DNA of 64,000 nucleotides from Acidimicrobiia bacterium (GTDB lineage Bacteria; Actinomycetota; Acidimicrobiia; Acidimicrobiales; SZUA-35): NCBI GenBank assembly GCA_029863385.1, contig JAOTVU010000002.1, positions 19 to 64,018 of the forward strand, read 5' to 3'. Shown piece by piece: positions 63,735 to 64,000 of this stretch (position 1 is its first letter; each line of letters starts with the position of its first letter). The notes under the pieces were generated by a model. It saw only the letters and a program-made list of their open reading frames with translations, ran no database searches and was not told where the DNA came from. The position numbers and the translations under genes were made by a program.

Positions 63735-64000
63735 ATGGCGAATCCAGGGAGTAGCCGGTCGATCGCCGAGGTGGTGGCCAACGATCTCTGTATTGGTTGC
63801 GGTCTCTGTGAAGCGGTGACCGGCGGTCGGGTCACCATGACGATGACCGACGCAGGATCGCTGCGCCCGTCGCCCGTTGTCGCCATCGCCGGTCAGGAGG
63901 ACCGGGTTCTGGCCGCCGCCTGTCCTGGGGTGGTGGCGCCGGTACGGGTCGACGGTGACGAACCCGCTCCGCTCATCGATCCGGTGTGGGGTGCGCACCG
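63735..64000 (+). CDS. coenzyme F420 hydrogenase/dehydrogenase beta-subunit (FrhB)-like protein, N-terminal part; runs off the window
   Basis: ATG 63735 follows the upstream TGA directly. MANPGSSRSIAEVVANDLCIGCGLCEAVTGG is the typical N-terminal Cys-containing motif of this family. Confidence 0.5.
   Translation, partial: MANPGSSRSIAEVVANDLCIGCGLCEAVTGGRVTMTMTDAGSLRPSPVVAIAGQEDRVLAAACPGVVAPVRVDGDEPAPLIDPVWGAH

Noticed and set aside
1-64000. CRISPR arrays, rRNA/tRNA genes, prophage, transposon or plasmid genes, toxin-antitoxin pairs and retron-like elements.
   Set aside because: I saw no regularly spaced repeats, no tRNA-like structures, and no integrase, transposase, RT or capsid-type ORFs on either strand. 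The only long exact repeats I found are the 22-mer pair and the operator pair reported above. A computational repeat search could still reveal others I missed by eye.

Overview
High-GC, densely packed chromosomal segment. Its gene content suggests Actinomycetota: an F420-type luciferase-like oxidoreductase, an FrhB-like protein, a PIG-L/LmbE deacetylase, a DinB/TIGR03086 protein and a WD40-like protein. I call about 55 protein-coding genes. I found no rRNA, tRNA, CRISPR array, transposase, integrase or reverse transcriptase. Most of the window is accessory metabolism (SDRs, amidases, amidohydrolases, PLP enzymes, an ABC exporter, aldehyde dehydrogenase), usually in operons with overlapping stop/start codons. 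Many long ORFs in the six-frame track are antisense or out-of-frame shadows typical of high-GC DNA, and several true genes start well inside their track ORF. The best candidates for something new are: (1) at 39.6-46.2 kb, a soluble HExxH/ExxAD (M48-like) protein translationally coupled by GTGA to a 1774-aa protein that combines a kinase-C-lobe-like N-terminus, a DUF4011-type region, an SF1 (Upf1/AAA_11-AAA_12) helicase and a partly degenerate Vsr/DUF559-like C-terminus; (2) at 9.1-13.4 kb, a lipoprotein of the cholesterol-dependent-cytolysin (CDC)-like pore-former family with a non-canonical C-terminal domain, overlapping by 1 nt an orphan receiver gene followed by a HisKA_3 kinase and a NarL-type regulator; (3) at 48-62 kb, a catabolic island (Rieske oxygenase, DMGDH-like flavoenzyme, TauD-like dioxygenase, M24 hydrolase, two amidases, PrpD-like protein, aminotransferase, RpiR regulator) whose two divergent promoter regions share a conserved TGTACCA-N14-TGGTACA operator block; (4) a perfect 22-bp direct repeat bracketing an 891-bp insertion that carries an orphan lipoprotein gene between two genes that were apparently once abutting; (5) at 31.5-36.2 kb, a tightly coupled amidohydrolase / M19 dipeptidase / unknown 566-aa protein / DUF3726-like cluster. 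All functional calls come from reading motifs by eye. No database search was run.
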